The notes under the pieces: generated by a model
Databases searched by the model: none
What the model was told of the DNA's origin: nothing
Seen by the model: the letters and a program-made list of their open reading frames with translations, nothing else
Position numbers and translations under genes: made by a program
Shown here: positions 61,170 to 64,000 of the stretch, in pieces
How the letters are laid out: each line of letters begins with the position of its first letter
Numbering within the stretch: position 1 is the first letter of the stretch
From: Bordetella parapertussis
GTDB lineage: Bacteria; Pseudomonadota; Gammaproteobacteria; Burkholderiales; SG8-39
Reading direction: 5' to 3'
DNA length: 64,000 nucleotides
Assembly (NCBI GenBank): GCA_945892985.1
Contig: CAMDDU010000023.1
Location: forward strand, 2,003-66,002

Positions 61170-61777
61170 TAAGGCGTTTAATAGCGGCGGGTTTTGCGGG
61201 GTGTCTGGCGCTCGGATTGTTCGCCGCGGCGCATGCGCAGTCGTCGCAGTCGCGCCCGGTCGCGGCGACGGGGACGATGCAAGTGGCTTTCCCGCCCTGG
61301 GACAACGCCGAGCGCTTGGTGATAGATGCGATTGACGCCGCGCGCAAGCAGGTGTTGGTGCAGGCCTACGTCTTCACCAGTCGCGGTATTGCCAATGCGC
61401 TGATCGCGGCGCGCAGGCGCGGCGTTGATGTGCAGGTGACGGCCGACCGTGGGCAGGCGATGAGCGGCGACAACAGCCGGATTCCCGAGATCGCCGCAGC
61501 GGGAATTGCTGTTTATCTCGAAGTGCGCTACGCCTCTGCGCACAACAAGACCATGGTGATCGATGCGGGAACCAGTGAACCGGTGGTGCTCACCGGCAGC
61601 TTCAACTGGACATGGGGGGCGCAGCACCGTAATGCTGAAAACCTGCTGATTCTGCGGCGCAATCCCGAGCTCACGCGTGCTTACCATGACAACTGGCGGC
61701 GGCATCTTGCCGATGCGCTGCCGTATTCTGCCGGCGCCCCGGGTTCCGGCCAGGGTTTCGCCCATCAGGCACCCTGA
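61166..61777 (+). CDS. Exported phospholipase D-family (Nuc-like) endonuclease
   Basis: Single HKD motif HNKTMVID..TGSFNW and NAENL. Start uncertain (CTG 61166 or TTG 61217). Confidence 0.88.
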   Translation: MIRRLIAAGFAGCLALGLFAAAHAQSSQSRPVAATGTMQVAFPPWDNAERLVIDAIDAARKQVLVQAYVFTSRGIANALIAARRRGVDVQVTADRGQAMSGDNSRIPEIAAAGIAVYLEVRYASAHNKTMVIDAGTSEPVVLTGSFNWTWGAQHRNAENLLILRRNPELTRAYHDNWRRHLADALPYSAGAPGSGQGFAHQAP

Positions 61778-61786
61778 TAACGTGAA

Positions 61787-63085
61787 GTGTGGGTGGTGAC
61801 TGTGAACAAAGAACCGATCAATAATCTGCTGCGTGAAGCCTGGATAGACCTGACCGACCTGGCCAATTATCCGGAGTTCATCGCCCTTGCTATTGCGCTC
61901 GGACTGGCCTTGTTCCTGAGCCGCCTTGCGCGCAGCTCCGATTCGCTGCGCAGCTGGGGCAGCTTCGGTGCCGGCGGCGTCAAGCGCATGCTGTTCCCCC
62001 TTGCGGGCTTGCTGATGGTGTCGGTCAGCATCGCCGTGCTCAAGCCCTCGTTCGAGGTGGATTTACTGCGCCTCGCGCTGCCCTTGCTCGGGTCGCTGGC
62101 GATCGTCAGAGCCGTGTTTTATCTGTTGCGCCAGGCCATCCCCGAGGGCAGCGCGCTGGCCAGTTTCGAGCGGACCATCGCCGCGGCGGTGTGGATCGCG
62201 CTCGCCTTGCATCTGTTTGGCGTGCTGCCCGATGCGGTGGATGTTCTTGACGACATCAGCTTTCATATAGGCAAGCAAAAACTCAGTCTCTGGGTGTTGT
62301 TGCAGGGGCTGTTCTGGGTTGCGATGACATTGCTTGTGGCGATGTGGTTTGGACGCTTGGCAGAGGGCAGGCTGCTGCGGGCGGAGCATCTGGATTCAAA
62401 CCTGCGCGTCGCATTTGCGCGTCTGGTGAATGCGCTGCTGGTGGTGATTGCGGTGCTGATCACGCTGCCGCTTGTCGGCATAGACCTTACGGTGCTGTCT
62501 ATTTTTGGCGGTGCGCTGGGGGTGGGACTTGGTTTCGGGCTGCAGAAAATCGCCAGCAATTACATGAGCGGTTTCATCATTCTGGTCGAGCGCTCGATTC
62601 GTCATGGCGACATGGTCACTGCAGATAATTTTTATGGCCAGGTGCAGGCGATTACCACGCGCAGTGTCATCGTCAAGGCGCTGGATGGCCGCGAAGCCAT
62701 CATCCCGAATGAGACCTTCATCACGCAAACGGTGCTCAATCACTCCTTGAGCAACCGCAAGGTGCGCATAGGCCTGCCGGTGCAGATCAGTTACGGTTCC
62801 GATCTTGAGAAGGCCATGGTGTTGATGGCAGTTGCGGCGAAGGCCAATCCACGCGTGCTCGATGATCCCCAGCCGGCGACCTATCTGGTGCGCTTTGCCG
62901 ACAGCGGCATTGACCTCGAGTTGGGCTTCTGGATAGGCGACCCCGAGTCAGGGCAGTTGAACGTGCGTTCTGAGCTCAATCTGGCGATCTGGCGGGACTT
63001 CCGGCGCGAGGGCATCGAGATGCCCTATACGCGCCGGGAAGTGCGTCTGCTTTCATCGCTGGAAAACGAGGCTAAACCCCTATAG
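61787..63085 (+). CDS. MscS-family mechanosensitive channel
   Basis: Multiple TMs, GGALGVGLGFGLQKIASN, IIPNE and ISYGSD. Confidence 0.93.
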   Translation: MWVVTVNKEPINNLLREAWIDLTDLANYPEFIALAIALGLALFLSRLARSSDSLRSWGSFGAGGVKRMLFPLAGLLMVSVSIAVLKPSFEVDLLRLALPLLGSLAIVRAVFYLLRQAIPEGSALASFERTIAAAVWIALALHLFGVLPDAVDVLDDISFHIGKQKLSLWVLLQGLFWVAMTLLVAMWFGRLAEGRLLRAEHLDSNLRVAFARLVNALLVVIAVLITLPLVGIDLTVLSIFGGALGVGLGFGLQKIASNYMSGFIILVERSIRHGDMVTADNFYGQVQAITTRSVIVKALDGREAIIPNETFITQTVLNHSLSNRKVRIGLPVQISYGSDLEKAMVLMAVAAKANPRVLDDPQPATYLVRFADSGIDLELGFWIGDPESGQLNVRSELNLAIWRDFRREGIEMPYTRREVRLLSSLENEAKPL

Positions 63086-63177
63086 AACAGGCGCTTATAT
63101 TTTTGCCGCAGACACTTTCTCCGGATGTTACGGAATTAGCGTAAAATATACCCAATTTTACTTACTCAGGCGATTAA

Positions 63178-64000
63178 ATGTCCTTCGTCGAAATCCGTGA
63201 TATTCCTGTGCTGTTTTCAGGCATTTATGATCTTGAATGGTGGCAGTTTGCGCTGATTTCACTGGCGTTGACGCACGTGACGATCGCTGCAGTGACAATA
63301 TTCCTGCACCGGCACCAGGCGCATCGCGCACTGGAACTGCATCCGATCGCCAGTCATTTTTTCCGTTTCTGGCTGTGGATGACCACCGGCATGGTGACCA
63401 AGGAATGGGCTTCTATCCATCGCAAGCATCACGCCAAATGTGAAACGGTTGATGATCCGCACAGCCCGCAAATCCTCGGCATCAATCGTGTGCTCTGGGG
63501 CGGCGTGCTTCTTTATGTCAAAGAGTCACGCATCAAGGACACGATCGAGCGTTACGGCCATGGTACGCCGGACGACTGGCTCGAACACAATCTGTACAGC
63601 AAGTACCAGACCCTGGGTCTGACGATCATGGGCACGATCAATGTGTCGCTGTTTGGCATCGTACCCGGCCTGATCATCCTGCTTACGCAGATCATCTGGA
63701 TTCCGTTCTGGGCGGCCGGGGTCATCAACGGCATCGGCCATTACTTCGGTTATCGCAATTTCGATTGCGCGGACGCGAGCACCAACATCGTTCCGTGGGG
63801 CATCCTGATTGGCGGTGAGGAGTTGCACAACAACCATCACACCTATGCCACGTCGGCCAAGCTGTCGAACAAATGGTACGAGTTTGATATTGGCTGGATG
63901 TACATCTGCATGATGCAGGCATTCGGCCTGGCCACCGTCAAGAAGATCGCCCCGACGGCGAAGATGGCCGGCGCCAAGGCGGTTGCCGATGCCGATATGC
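63178..64000 (+). CDS. DesA-type acyl-CoA (delta-9) desaturase, 3' truncated by the window
   Basis: Absent from the ORF track because it has no stop. His boxes HRHQAH, HRKHH and ELHNNHH. Start ATG 63178 or GTG 63208. Confidence 0.93.
   Translation, partial: MSFVEIRDIPVLFSGIYDLEWWQFALISLALTHVTIAAVTIFLHRHQAHRALELHPIASHFFRFWLWMTTGMVTKEWASIHRKHHAKCETVDDPHSPQILGINRVLWGGVLLYVKESRIKDTIERYGHGTPDDWLEHNLYSKYQTLGLTIMGTINVSLFGIVPGLIILLTQIIWIPFWAAGVINGIGHYFGYRNFDCADASTNIVPWGILIGGEELHNNHHTYATSAKLSNKWYEFDIGWMYICMMQAFGLATVKKIAPTAKMAGAKAVADADM

Noticed and set aside
61166-61777. PLD nuclease as part of an anti-phage system
   Set aside because: It has a signal peptide and sits in the housekeeping purN-rsmB-mscS-desaturase block with no helicase or methylase partner.

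Overview
GC-rich, Betaproteobacteria-like chromosomal window (the taxonomy is inferred from gene content: Bug proteins and a purN-DUF3108-rsmB-mscS-desA block). (i) 0-28 kb is catabolic and transport genes: a Liv-type ABC operon, an acyl-CoA ligase, an orphan xanthine-dehydrogenase-family Mo subunit, a Mo-bisPGD oxidoreductase, three Bug solute receptors, SDR, TauD, two tandem 4,5-dihydroxyphthalate-decarboxylase-like genes, two class II aldolases, an MhpA-like monooxygenase and an extradiol dioxygenase. (ii) 28.4-41.4 kb is an island bounded by a 24-bp direct repeat. Its visibly AT-richer core carries a split class I CoA-transferase-fold pair that appears to lack the canonical beta-subunit Glu (IpdAB-like), wrapped around a thiolase/DUF35 pair, plus PadR, an acyl-CoA synthetase and an ABC importer. 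(iii) 41.5-45.2 kb is a defence islet: mqsA with a dead mqsR, a CRISPR-repeat relic next to an IS21 fragment, hicAB, and an intact cas2-cas1-cas2 module with no effector genes and no true array in the window. (iv) 45-58 kb holds an unassigned FAD-oxidase/Fe-S/GGR-like trio, thioredoxin, a diguanylate cyclase, TPR/HupE, pirin, brnTA and several pseudogenes. (v) 58-64 kb is housekeeping. Several REP-like palindrome families and about nine gene remnants are scattered throughout. I recognised no tRNA or rRNA. All assignments come from motif recognition by eye, not database searches.
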